This document shows positions 38,031 to 46,825 of a DNA stretch of 64,000 bases, piece after piece (within the stretch, counting starts at the first letter, position 1; every line of letters starts with the position of its first letter). Both the position numbers and the translations under genes were made by a program. Source of the DNA: Desulfomonilia bacterium (GTDB lineage Bacteria; Desulfobacterota; Desulfomonilia; UBA1062); NCBI GenBank assembly GCA_050014195.1, contig JBEKDT010000016.1:1-64000 (forward strand), given 5' to 3'. Below the pieces are notes generated by a model that worked only from the letters and a program-made list of their open reading frames with translations, searched no databases and had not been told where the DNA came from.

Positions 38031-39041
38031 TCATTTAAGTTTGTTCAAGAATTCATCTCCCTGCAGCATGTCGATAACCTCTTGAATGGATGCACGTTCT
38101 TCCTTAGGCACTTCCACCATTTTTTGGAGGAATGATGCGTATTCCGGCAGCGCCTTCTTGGTCATGGGCGATGCAAAGCACTTTATGGTCTGCTCCATCT
38201 CGAGGCTCAGGCCATGGCGGAGCGAGGTCTCGAACCCTTCATGGACAGCCAGCTTCGTTCCGGCAACAGCGACCGGGATGCGTCTGGCCATGATGTCGGC
38301 GAATTCCTGCACCCTGTGAAGGAACTCGACCTTGGCAAAGTGATCGGTAATCAGCCCCATGGCCTTGGCCTCCGGCGGTGTGAGTTGCTTGCCAGTGAGC
38401 ATGAGCTCCAAGGCCCTGGCCTTGCCGATGAGCCTGGGCAAACGCTGGGTGCTGCCGCCGCCCGCGATGATTCCTATAAGGACCTCGGGCTGGCCGATGG
38501 TGAAGTCCTGGTCATGAATCATGAACCTAAAGTCGAAGCAGGCCGACAGCTCGGTACCGCCGCCGTTGCATGGGCCGTTGATGGCCGCGATGGTTATCTT
38601 GCCCATGCGCTCGATGGCAAGATAGAGCCGATGCATCTGGAACCAGAGGAAGAGGGTTGAGGAATAGCTCCGGATTGCCTTGAAATTCTTCAGGGTGAGT
38701 GTCTCATAACCCGGTACCCAGTCCATGAGCCAGTTCGACAGTGTGGTGAGATACGCGAACAACCTGCCCAGAAACCTCATCCGGAAGATCCTGTCCATCA
38801 TGATCTTCTCGTTGTCTGGTGAGATCCTCACGAGTTCTGGGATGGAGAAGTGCATGATGTAGATATCTTCAATACCGCCCGTGAGGATGAAGACCCTGAT
38901 GGACGGGTCCTTCTCCACCTTCCTGACCAGACAGAAGAGCTCTTCGCAGATATCCGTGGTGAGAAAGTTGACCGGCGGGTTGTGGATTTCGACCCACAGG
39001 GTGGCGCCCACCTGCCGCGTTTTCAGATAGCTGTACTCCAT
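38031..39041 (-). CDS. Enoyl-CoA hydratase/isomerase with an internal insertion
   Basis: NPPVN, AAINGPCNGGGTELS, GQPEV, GGGSTQRLPRLIG. Confidence 0.88.
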   Translation of the reverse strand: MEYSYLKTRQVGATLWVEIHNPPVNFLTTDICEELFCLVRKVEKDPSIRVFILTGGIEDIYIMHFSIPELVRISPDNEKIMMDRIFRMRFLGRLFAYLTTLSNWLMDWVPGYETLTLKNFKAIRSYSSTLFLWFQMHRLYLAIERMGKITIAAINGPCNGGGTELSACFDFRFMIHDQDFTIGQPEVLIGIIAGGGSTQRLPRLIGKARALELMLTGKQLTPPEAKAMGLITDHFAKVEFLHRVQEFADIMARRIPVAVAGTKLAVHEGFETSLRHGLSLEMEQTIKCFASPMTKKALPEYASFLQKMVEVPKEERASIQEVIDMLQGDEFLNKLK

Positions 39042-39167
39042 GGTGTCCTCCTCTTACAAACGGCCTTACCGCTCTGTCGGGAACGCCTCATCAGGCCCGA
39101 CCCAGGGCTCAGGCAGGCCCATGAGCACAAGGGGAAGATATTCCTGTCTGCCAGATCCTTTCCCTTG

Positions 39168-40316
39168 CTAGAATGTTGCGGCACAGGTGTCCTCCAGCCC
39201 GGCGATCTGACGGATAATACCGATCTTCTTCAGAGGCGCGATCCCGAGCAGAGCCTGGACCTGCCTGGCGTCACGGTAGCGCTTCTCCTGGCCGTAGTCC
39301 TTCATGTACCCGTTACCACCCAGCACCTGTATCCCATCGGTGACCGCCTCGCAGGCCAACTCGTGGATGTGGATCGCCGCAGCAGTAACGCTGGGGCCCC
39401 AGTCTTCACCGCCGAGGTCGATGGCCTGGCAGGACTGGGCCACGCACATCTCGGCTACGTTAACCTTGATGGCCATGCCGGCCAGCAGCATGCTCACCTC
39501 GCTCCAGTTGATGATCTCGCAGCCGCCCTGGAAGCGCTCCTTGGCATAGGCCATGGCCTCATTGAAGGATCCCCTCATGATGCCTGCGTTCATGGCCCCT
39601 GCGGCTGCATGCATCAGTCGGGAGGCCTTCTCGAAGTAAGCCCTGCCTTTTCCTTCTTCTCCGATGAGCTTTGCCTTCACCCCCTTCAGGGAGATATCCA
39701 CGCCGGGGCAAGCATGCAGTCCCAGGCTGAAGATAGGGTTGCTCTTGACGATGCCCTTGTCGGCCAAGTCCACAAGAAACAGGGAGTAGGCAGATCCCGC
39801 ATGAATGCGAGCCGGGATTATGGCACGGGAAGCCAGCCCGCCCAGTACGAGGAACTCGATTGTACCGGTGAGGACATATTCCTTGCCCGACTTGGCTGCC
39901 CTGGGGAGCGTGCTCACCTGGGCCGGGTTCACAAAGACAGGGAAGGCCACCAGGAACTCACCAGCCGAGGCTGCCTTATGAAAGATTGTGCCCGGGAGCT
40001 TTTCTGCCCCGGCACAGAGCATAATCTCCTGGGCCAGGGCATTGGTGAAGATTATGCCGCCCAGCGAGGCGTCGGTCTGGCAGATGTTCTGAAGGATCAC
40101 GCAAAGCGTGCCGATGCCTCCCCCGATGCCACCGAGCTCCTCGGGGAGTAAGACGCCCAGAAAACCCACCTCGTATGCCTTGTCGAGCACACTGGTGAAG
40201 AATTCTCCGAAGGGGTAGCGGTCATGCTCCTCCACCTTCTTGGCAAGTTCCTTGGCGGCAAAGGACCGGGCGAGGTCCTCAAAGGGCAATAGATCGGGCT
40301 TGAGTGAGGTCAGCAT
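39168..40316 (-). CDS. Acyl-CoA dehydrogenase-like subunit lacking the C-terminal catalytic Glu
   Basis: YAKERFQGG, IQVLGGNGYMKDY, RYRDAR, but QVQALLG in place of IYEGT and no TEP motif. Confidence 0.85.
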   Translation of the reverse strand: MLTSLKPDLLPFEDLARSFAAKELAKKVEEHDRYPFGEFFTSVLDKAYEVGFLGVLLPEELGGIGGGIGTLCVILQNICQTDASLGGIIFTNALAQEIMLCAGAEKLPGTIFHKAASAGEFLVAFPVFVNPAQVSTLPRAAKSGKEYVLTGTIEFLVLGGLASRAIIPARIHAGSAYSLFLVDLADKGIVKSNPIFSLGLHACPGVDISLKGVKAKLIGEEGKGRAYFEKASRLMHAAAGAMNAGIMRGSFNEAMAYAKERFQGGCEIINWSEVSMLLAGMAIKVNVAEMCVAQSCQAIDLGGEDWGPSVTAAAIHIHELACEAVTDGIQVLGGNGYMKDYGQEKRYRDARQVQALLGIAPLKKIGIIRQIAGLEDTCAATF

Positions 40317-40331
40317 TGGAGTCTCCTTTCC

Positions 40332-41837
40332 TTATTCTTCAAAGACCTTGGCCTGCGGGACCGCAGGGGCGATGAGACACTTGAAAGCATTGAGCCGGTT
40401 GAGCTGGTTGGTGCCCTCATAGATCTGAAGGAGCTTGGCGTCGCGTAGGATCTTCTCCGCTCCAGCATCCTGCCTGAGCCCAGTTGAGCCCATGAGCTCG
40501 AGGGCCATCTGGCAGTTCCTGACGCCGATATCCGTGCCCGCGAACTTAGCCAGCGATGCCCATCCCGAGCAGCACCGCTGGTCTTGCGGCTTGGCCCAGT
40601 CGAAATAGACCTTTCCCATGAACTTCCTGAAGTAGTCCTTTTCCATGACGGGTGCGATAACGGTATCGAAGTAGGCTTTGGGCATGAGAAGGTAGTAGTA
40701 ATAGAAGGGCTTGAGCTGCAGGAGTTGGTACATGCCGCGGTGGCTGTTTGCATAGTTGGCCTCCACATAGGCTAGCCTACCCAGGGCTACGTTCTTGTAC
40801 ATCTCGGCGAGTATGCACTGCACCCACTCGTTGTTGATGAGCAGCTTGCCGTTCACCTCGGTGGTGGAGGCATACTTGAGTGCCGCCTCGAAGGCACCCC
40901 GGGCCGCACCTACGCCGAAGGCACATACGCCGGGCCTCGTGGCCGAGACCACGTAGTCGATGTAATGCTGGGAAATATCTCTGACAGGTTTGTTGGTGAT
41001 CTGTTTCGCCATATCAGTGTCGAAGAGCACGAGCTCGTCCGGGATGAAACAGTCCTCGAAGATGAGCACGCTGGCCGGGCAGGCCCGCTGCCCCATCTTA
41101 TTCTCGTGGGTGCCGAAGGAGAATCCCTTCATGCCAGCCTTCACCATGAGGGCAACCGTGGTTTCCGAAGGCTTCTTGAGGTCGGTGTATGCATAGAGCA
41201 CGGTCCAGGTGGATACGTGCCCCATGGAGATGAACACCTTGGTGCCATTGACGATGTAGCCGTCCTTGACCCGTTTTGCATGGCACGTGATCTTGCCCTT
41301 GTCCGCAAGATCCACCTCCTCCACGTCGGTGCCAGCTGTAGGTTCGGTAATGGCCAGTGCGATGAGGCATGGTTTGCCGGTCTTTTCACCTTCGATTACC
41401 TCACTAAGGATCCGCTTGGTAAGGCGGGCATTGGCTGAAGACATGACGCCGGCAACTCCCAGATAGTGCACGCCAATAACATTCGCGATGCCGAGGCAGA
41501 CCGAGCCAACCTCTTCAACAAAGTAGGACATGGATGGCATGTTGTAGCCTTTGCCTCCGAACATCTTCGGTATCCACATGGTGTAGAATCCCCACCTGTT
41601 GCACAATTCCACCAGGTCCCAAGGCATGTAATCCGGGTCTTCGTGGGTCTTCCGGTCGAGCTCAAGGGCTATAGGCCTTGCAACCTCCTGGTTGAACTTC
41701 CGGGCAATGGCGATGATCTCCCTTGTCTGCCTGACCATGTGCTTAGGCATCCTTGGGGCATAGGGCAGGCTCAGATGGGTGTCCTCAAACTTGGGGAACA
41801 GGGATAGTCGAGCCGAAACTTCTGATCTGGACAGCAT
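40332..41837 (-). CDS. Acyl-CoA dehydrogenase
   Basis: AITEPTAGTD, NGTKVFISMG, KMGQR, RDAKLLQIYEGTNQ; AAGGAGG RBS before ATG 41837. Confidence 0.9.
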   Translation of the reverse strand: MLSRSEVSARLSLFPKFEDTHLSLPYAPRMPKHMVRQTREIIAIARKFNQEVARPIALELDRKTHEDPDYMPWDLVELCNRWGFYTMWIPKMFGGKGYNMPSMSYFVEEVGSVCLGIANVIGVHYLGVAGVMSSANARLTKRILSEVIEGEKTGKPCLIALAITEPTAGTDVEEVDLADKGKITCHAKRVKDGYIVNGTKVFISMGHVSTWTVLYAYTDLKKPSETTVALMVKAGMKGFSFGTHENKMGQRACPASVLIFEDCFIPDELVLFDTDMAKQITNKPVRDISQHYIDYVVSATRPGVCAFGVGAARGAFEAALKYASTTEVNGKLLINNEWVQCILAEMYKNVALGRLAYVEANYANSHRGMYQLLQLKPFYYYYLLMPKAYFDTVIAPVMEKDYFRKFMGKVYFDWAKPQDQRCCSGWASLAKFAGTDIGVRNCQMALELMGSTGLRQDAGAEKILRDAKLLQIYEGTNQLNRLNAFKCLIAPAVPQAKVFEE

Positions 41838-41949
41838 AGCACCCTCCTTTTTGCTGAACATGTACTCCAACAAGCGGGCCTTTAGCCCAGCCAATAAAAA
41901 AACCGCACTACTGTATTCCTATATGGCTCCCAAACGGCTCCTATGATTG

Positions 41950-42618
41950 TCAGTCTTCCGGGAGCCCTGGAATCTTCATGTCGCCAAGCTCGGTTCTTCC
42001 CTTGTCAGTGAGATACATGGAGACCATGGCATAGGTCAGGCTCATAAGATTGTTGATGGCCTCATTTTTTGTAAACTGTCTTTCCAATAGGTAGCTCATG
42101 GCTACATGGAGACACATACCGATGATTATATGCCCCATGAGAGCGGCATTGACACCCTCAATGAAGCCGAGTTCTTCCCACTTGCGGAAGTCTTCCGCAA
42201 TGTCAGAAGCAAAGTCGTTGAAGAAGTTCCATGTGATGGTATCATTCTCTTCATCAACGCCGAATCCTCCACGCACGATCAGGAGGATTTGCTCCGGGTT
42301 CTGCTCCACGTAGTCGAAGAATGCTATGTAGGCCGGCAGCCACTGCTGAACACGCTCACGGACATCACCGGGCTTTTTTGTCTGGCTGAGTTCCTTGAGC
42401 CTGGCCCTCAGAACCTCATTGGTCTCTCGAATTATTTGTTCGAACAGGTCGCGTTTGTCTTTGAAGTGTGCATAGACACTGCCCGTTGATATGCCTGCTT
42501 CCCTGACAATGTCAGCGATTTGAGTCTTGTGATAACCTTTTTCACTGAACACCTTGCGGGCGGCCTGGAAGATCATCTCCCTTGTCTCGGCCTTGCGTTC
42601 TTCTAGGGCAGTGGTCAT
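41950..42618 (-). CDS. TetR/AcrR regulator
   Basis: AARKVFSEKGYHKTQIADIVREAGISTGSVYAHFKDK. Confidence 0.92.
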   Translation of the reverse strand: MTTALEERKAETREMIFQAARKVFSEKGYHKTQIADIVREAGISTGSVYAHFKDKRDLFEQIIRETNEVLRARLKELSQTKKPGDVRERVQQWLPAYIAFFDYVEQNPEQILLIVRGGFGVDEENDTITWNFFNDFASDIAEDFRKWEELGFIEGVNAALMGHIIIGMCLHVAMSYLLERQFTKNEAINNLMSLTYAMVSMYLTDKGRTELGDMKIPGLPED

Positions 42619-43376
42619 TTTCCCTATCCTGAAACAACCTAATTACAAGCATAATAACATTGAATCATTATTCCGATACTATAAAGATAAGTTGATGAAA
42701 GAGCATGTCAACGATGAATGATGAGAAAACTACATTGAAATTATAACCGATTGAATTATCGGGATTAAAAAATGTAAGACAATAAGACGACACAGTGTGC
42801 ATTGAGAAAACTTACCAAGAGACATGCCAACATTACCATTGGCGTTATACCCATTATGGCATCATACACATGTATGAAATAGGGTATAAGGGCATCCTCA
42901 ATGCTGGCGGAAGCACAAGTGATTCAAACCCTGGGAGCATCAATCAGTTATTCTTAAGCGATTGTCTCTACCCAAGTGTTTCTCAAAAATTTCCGCCAAA
43001 GCTTTCAAAGAATAGGTTTTGATCGGGCAAGAAACAGTAGATGTTTTGTGATGAAATCAATACACGAGTGTAAAACCTATTAAAGTCCAGACTATGGCAC
43101 GACTTTAACTATTTTAGCAATCAGATAAAAGTTAAGATTATGTGCTACTGTCAAATCCAGAGCTGGCCTGATCATTCCATAGATTTTATTTCGAGAGCAT
43201 CAGGTTTCAGGTATTTTAAAAGCACTCATCTATTGCATGATATGCACTCTGATATAGATTTGATATACATCTCATGATATAAAAATAAGTGGTTACACAC
43301 CTGTGATCCCACATCTAAAAATCGCTGATCACGTTCAATGAGAATAGGGAGATTTGTTTTATTAAAAGGAGAAGAA

Positions 43377-43916
43377 ATGAGCCCCTATATACCACTGCCT
43401 AGCATTGAGAGCCTTCCCAAAGAAATCAAAGAAATAGTACAAGCATTTCCACTAAACATCTACTTAATGACAGCAAATGCACCTGCTAGTTTTAAAGGAT
43501 TAGGTGAATTAGCTCGTTCCATTTTATTTGAGAGCGAATTCGATCCACGAAAACGTGAAATTGCTGTGCTCCGAGTTGCTCATGTAACGCAGGCTATCTA
43601 TGAGTGGACCCACCATGTTGCTGTTGCAAAACTTTATGGCCTCACTGATAATGAGATCGAAAAGATCAAAACCGAAGACCCGGTGATATCGCTTGGAGAT
43701 GAAGGCAATCTCCTCTGCCGTGTGGCTGATGAAATAAGCAGGAATGTCAGGCTCGGCGACGAAGCCCTTACCCAAACCCTCAGTCGTTATGGCGTTCGCG
43801 GTGCAACGGAACTTATTTTATGCGTAAGTTACTTCAATTTTATCAGCAGATTCCTTGAATCCACTCGAGTAGAACTAGAAAAAGATGGTGTATTTAACAT
43901 GATTCATAAGACATAA
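43377..43916 (+). CDS. Carboxymuconolactone decarboxylase/AhpD-like protein
   Basis: REIAVLRVA...YEWTHH...GL motif; AAGGAG RBS. Confidence 0.82.
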   Translation: MSPYIPLPSIESLPKEIKEIVQAFPLNIYLMTANAPASFKGLGELARSILFESEFDPRKREIAVLRVAHVTQAIYEWTHHVAVAKLYGLTDNEIEKIKTEDPVISLGDEGNLLCRVADEISRNVRLGDEALTQTLSRYGVRGATELILCVSYFNFISRFLESTRVELEKDGVFNMIHKT

Positions 43917-44196
43917 ATGAAGGATGCCAATAGTGTTGGGTTTTATTTCTTTTTAATTTCAATTAGTTATAGAGATCAACCTGATCAGCCGTCGGGTTCC
44001 CAACAGGACTTCCGATAGAGCTGCCATTATTTTGACGAAAATGCGTTACATCAATCCAAATATCGAAGTGAATATGCTACTGTCGAACAATTGCTGGTAC
44101 TCGCTAACATCGAAGGCATGAATTGTAACAGTAGTTAAGATGCTATCATACAGCTTGTGCGATTTGTAATGTTCTGGGATCTTGCATTTCTTATAG
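43917..44196. repeat. Direct repeat B, copy 2 (280 bp)
   Basis: Copy of 16619-16898, starting immediately after the stop codon at 43916. Confidence 0.95.
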
Positions 44197-44309
44197 CTCT
44201 TTATACTTCATCTGGATCATCTACGAGTAGAGATAATGTTTAGATATCTTCAATAATATCAATGCAGTGATTATCATGAAATCTATGCTCTGGAATAACC
44301 ATTGTCCTT

Positions 44310-44440
44310 CGGCACCATCGGCAACCCGGGTACGGTATCGACTATGATCACCTGCTGGGTGAGCAATGCCTAGTGCGAAACGCACTGCCCACGATGGTTT
44401 GCCGAGAGAAATAAGAAACCCGGTACAACCCACTTATACT
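44310..44440. ncRNA. Candidate structured RNA (family unassigned)
   Basis: GC-rich stretch in AT-rich intergenic DNA with several complementary pairs (accatcg/cgatggt, tcggcaa/ttgccga, ccgggt/acccgg, tcacc/ggtga, gtgcg/cgcac). Confidence 0.35.
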
Positions 44441-44457
44441 CATTACTTCAAGACATT

Positions 44458-44490
44458 AGAAAAGGGTCCTCACATGAGGGCCCTTTTTCT
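44458..44490 (+). terminator. Intrinsic terminator (probably bidirectional)
   Basis: agaaaagggtcctca-ca-tgagggccc-tttttct. Confidence 0.7.
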
Positions 44491-44536
44491 CTTAAAGGTA
44501 CTTGAGATGAGCTCTTGCATATATTATTATTCTGTT

Positions 44537-45130
44537 ATGAAAAAAATAATGAGAAGCCTGATTATTTGCATGATCCTGTTCGGCATCATACCCCTTTCTA
44601 GCTATGCAGCTGCATCGGAGCAGGATTGCCTTGCTGCCATAACAAAAGTTAAACTCAAGCTGCCGCCTGACGATCCTGGGGTCGCTGCTTCACTGGGCAT
44701 CAAGCAGAAGGACGGGCAAATAACGCTTAATGATATCGATGCCGAGGTAATCATCATCGAGATCTTCAGCATGTACTGCCCTTTCTGCCAGAGACATGCA
44801 CCCATGACTAACAAGCTGCAAACAGTCATAGAAACACGCAGCGACACAAGAGGCAAGGTCAGGCTGTTGGGCATCGGTGTTGGCAATTCACCCTATGAAG
44901 TGAAGTTTTTCAAGAAGAAGTACGGCATTCAATTCCCCCTGTTTGATGATGCAAACTCAGCAGTCCTGAACAGTCTTCCCGATATAAGAACGCCATATTA
45001 TTTCGCCATCAGAAAAACAGGCAGATCCCTGAATGTTTTTTTCACACAACAAGGGGCCTTTGAAGATCCCGAGAAATTCCTCAATACCGTGCTGAACAAG
45101 TCCGGACAATTACCAGGGAGAAGCCAATGA
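44537..45130 (+). CDS. Exported TlpA/thioredoxin-fold protein
   Basis: Signal peptide ending SYA-A; EIFSMYCPFCQ; cis-Pro RTPY. Confidence 0.8.
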   Translation: MKKIMRSLIICMILFGIIPLSSYAAASEQDCLAAITKVKLKLPPDDPGVAASLGIKQKDGQITLNDIDAEVIIIEIFSMYCPFCQRHAPMTNKLQTVIETRSDTRGKVRLLGIGVGNSPYEVKFFKKKYGIQFPLFDDANSAVLNSLPDIRTPYYFAIRKTGRSLNVFFTQQGAFEDPEKFLNTVLNKSGQLPGRSQ

Positions 45131-45735
45131 AGAACCCACGACATCATTTACTTGTTGAGATAATATCCATCTTCTGTCTTGTCTTTTTCGGCATGCCTGT
45201 CCTGCATGCATCCGATACACTGAAGGATGAAATCTACCAGGTGGGAACGCTCAAACCTATTGACAGTACACTGAAGGTGAAAGTCGGTGAGATGGCCCCG
45301 GATTTCACCCTTATGTCTCTTTCCGGCAAGGCCATATCCCTGAAGGATTACCTGGGGAAAAAGAATGTCATGCTGTCATTCGTGCCGGCAGCCTGGACCC
45401 CGGTTTGTTCAGATCAGTGGCCGGGATATAATATCGCAAAGGATGAATTCGACAGTTACAATACGGTTCTGCTCGGTATAACAGTGGACAACATACCGAC
45501 CCTCTATGCGTGGACAAAAGCCATGGGTACCCTGTGGTTTCCGGTGTTATCGGATTTCTGGCCCCACGGAAAAACGGCCCAGTCATATGGTGTCTTACGT
45601 TCCAGCGGAACAGCAGAAAGGGCGATTTTCATCATCGACAAAAAAGGGGAGATCCGATACATCGATGTCCACGACATCAACAAGAGACCTCCCCTGGAAA
45701 CCATCATGGCTGAGCTGGAGGAGCTGAATAAGTAA
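45127..45735 (+). CDS. Exported peroxiredoxin (AhpC/TSA, AhpE-like)
   Basis: APDFTL, PAAWTPVC, LSDFWPHG, ERAIFIID; N-terminal hydrophobic signal. Confidence 0.85.
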   Translation: MKNPRHHLLVEIISIFCLVFFGMPVLHASDTLKDEIYQVGTLKPIDSTLKVKVGEMAPDFTLMSLSGKAISLKDYLGKKNVMLSFVPAAWTPVCSDQWPGYNIAKDEFDSYNTVLLGITVDNIPTLYAWTKAMGTLWFPVLSDFWPHGKTAQSYGVLRSSGTAERAIFIIDKKGEIRYIDVHDINKRPPLETIMAELEELNK

Positions 45736-45988
45736 CTCATTCTCATCCCAAGAGCAGCTCTTAAGACGTGTGAAGAAGTATCTCCACGTTTTCCTGAAAA
45801 ACTCGAACCCGACTCCATGCATCCCAGGATGTTTGTTTATGATGTGAGCAATAAAATAGTTACAACAGATTATGTAACGGGTCATTATCTAAAGAACTTT
45901 GACATTGCAGCATGATGGGTATTGTTTTTGGGGGTTACTGCATTAATATATCATCTTCGTAGTAAAAATATTAAGAATCGGAGGAAAT

Positions 45989-46558
45989 ATGAAAGGTAAA
46001 ATATTTTCATCAATCATGGTGTTTTTAGTAGCTCTCTTCTTTCAATCTGCTTGCTTAGCTGATGAATTTGAAGATGGTCTTTGCCAATGGGTGCCGAGGG
46101 ATATAAATGCCAAAGTCACGGCTATTAATGTGAAAGCCATGGAAATAACCTTAAAAGCCTCCGGTGGGAATGTGGTCACTTATGCTGTTGATACAAAAGT
46201 GAAGGATCTATCCACCTTTGCTGTAGGTGATAAAATCATGGCAAGATATTATATGTCTTTAGCAGCAGACATCGGCACGGCTACTCCTGAGGAAAAAAAG
46301 ACTCCATCTGTAAAACTCGATGAAACCTGTCCATTGCCACCTAGGGCAACTCCTGGATCAGAGGTAAAAATGCTCCGAGATGTTGGTAAAGTAGAAATGT
46401 TTGATAATATGGCTGGTTTTTTAGTAGTTAAGGATTCAAAAGGTCATGATATTTGGATGAATATCGATAATCAGTCTTTAAGGTCAAATATTAAGCTTGG
46501 AGATTTAATCGCCGTGAAACATTCCCAGCCTTATATCATTGCCCTTAAAAAACTTTAA
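45989..46558 (+). CDS. Hypothetical exported protein
   Basis: GGAGG RBS, signal peptide, two similar beta-rich halves (KVTAIN..ITLK..G / KVEMFD..VVKDSKG). Confidence 0.7.
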   Translation: MKGKIFSSIMVFLVALFFQSACLADEFEDGLCQWVPRDINAKVTAINVKAMEITLKASGGNVVTYAVDTKVKDLSTFAVGDKIMARYYMSLAADIGTATPEEKKTPSVKLDETCPLPPRATPGSEVKMLRDVGKVEMFDNMAGFLVVKDSKGHDIWMNIDNQSLRSNIKLGDLIAVKHSQPYIIALKKL

Positions 46559-46580
46559 ATACCATACAGATACCGAAATT

Positions 46581-46614
46581 ACCTGGCTCTTGTCTAATGA
46601 GGCAGGAGCCAGGT
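46581..46614. terminator. Hairpin between convergent genes
   Basis: acctggctcttgtct-aatg-aggcaggagccaggt. Confidence 0.55.
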
Positions 46615-46825
46615 TCATAGAAATCTTCGAATGGAAATTTGACTTATTGCTCCGGCAAGTAAATATATAAACATATGTACAAGGGTCTTGGGACATGTGG
46701 TCAACACCGGAAATTTCTTTCGTATGCCGGTACACGAGGCTTCGGAGGGCCGCAATTACACTGACCTCGCTCTCGCTCACGACGTATGTCTTGCTTTAAG
46801 TCCCTGATGTGAAGTGCAGGCGAAA

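Noticed and set aside
38850-40151. 433-aa plus-strand ORF
   Set aside because: Antisense to the acyl-CoA dehydrogenase and crotonase genes; typical GC-rich shadow ORF.
43095-43110. Sigma54 promoter TGGCACGACTTTAACT
   Set aside because: Perfect -24 element but no GC at -12.
16619-44196. Prophage or ICE with att sites
   Set aside because: No integrase, relaxase, phage or conjugation genes; the repeats are duplicated promoter DNA, not tRNA ends.
44310-44410. c-di-GMP-I riboswitch on the minus strand (ggcaaacc ... gggttgccgatgg)
   Set aside because: The ends resemble the family, but the GNRA hairpin and the GGGACGCAAAGC core are missing and no gene follows on that strand.
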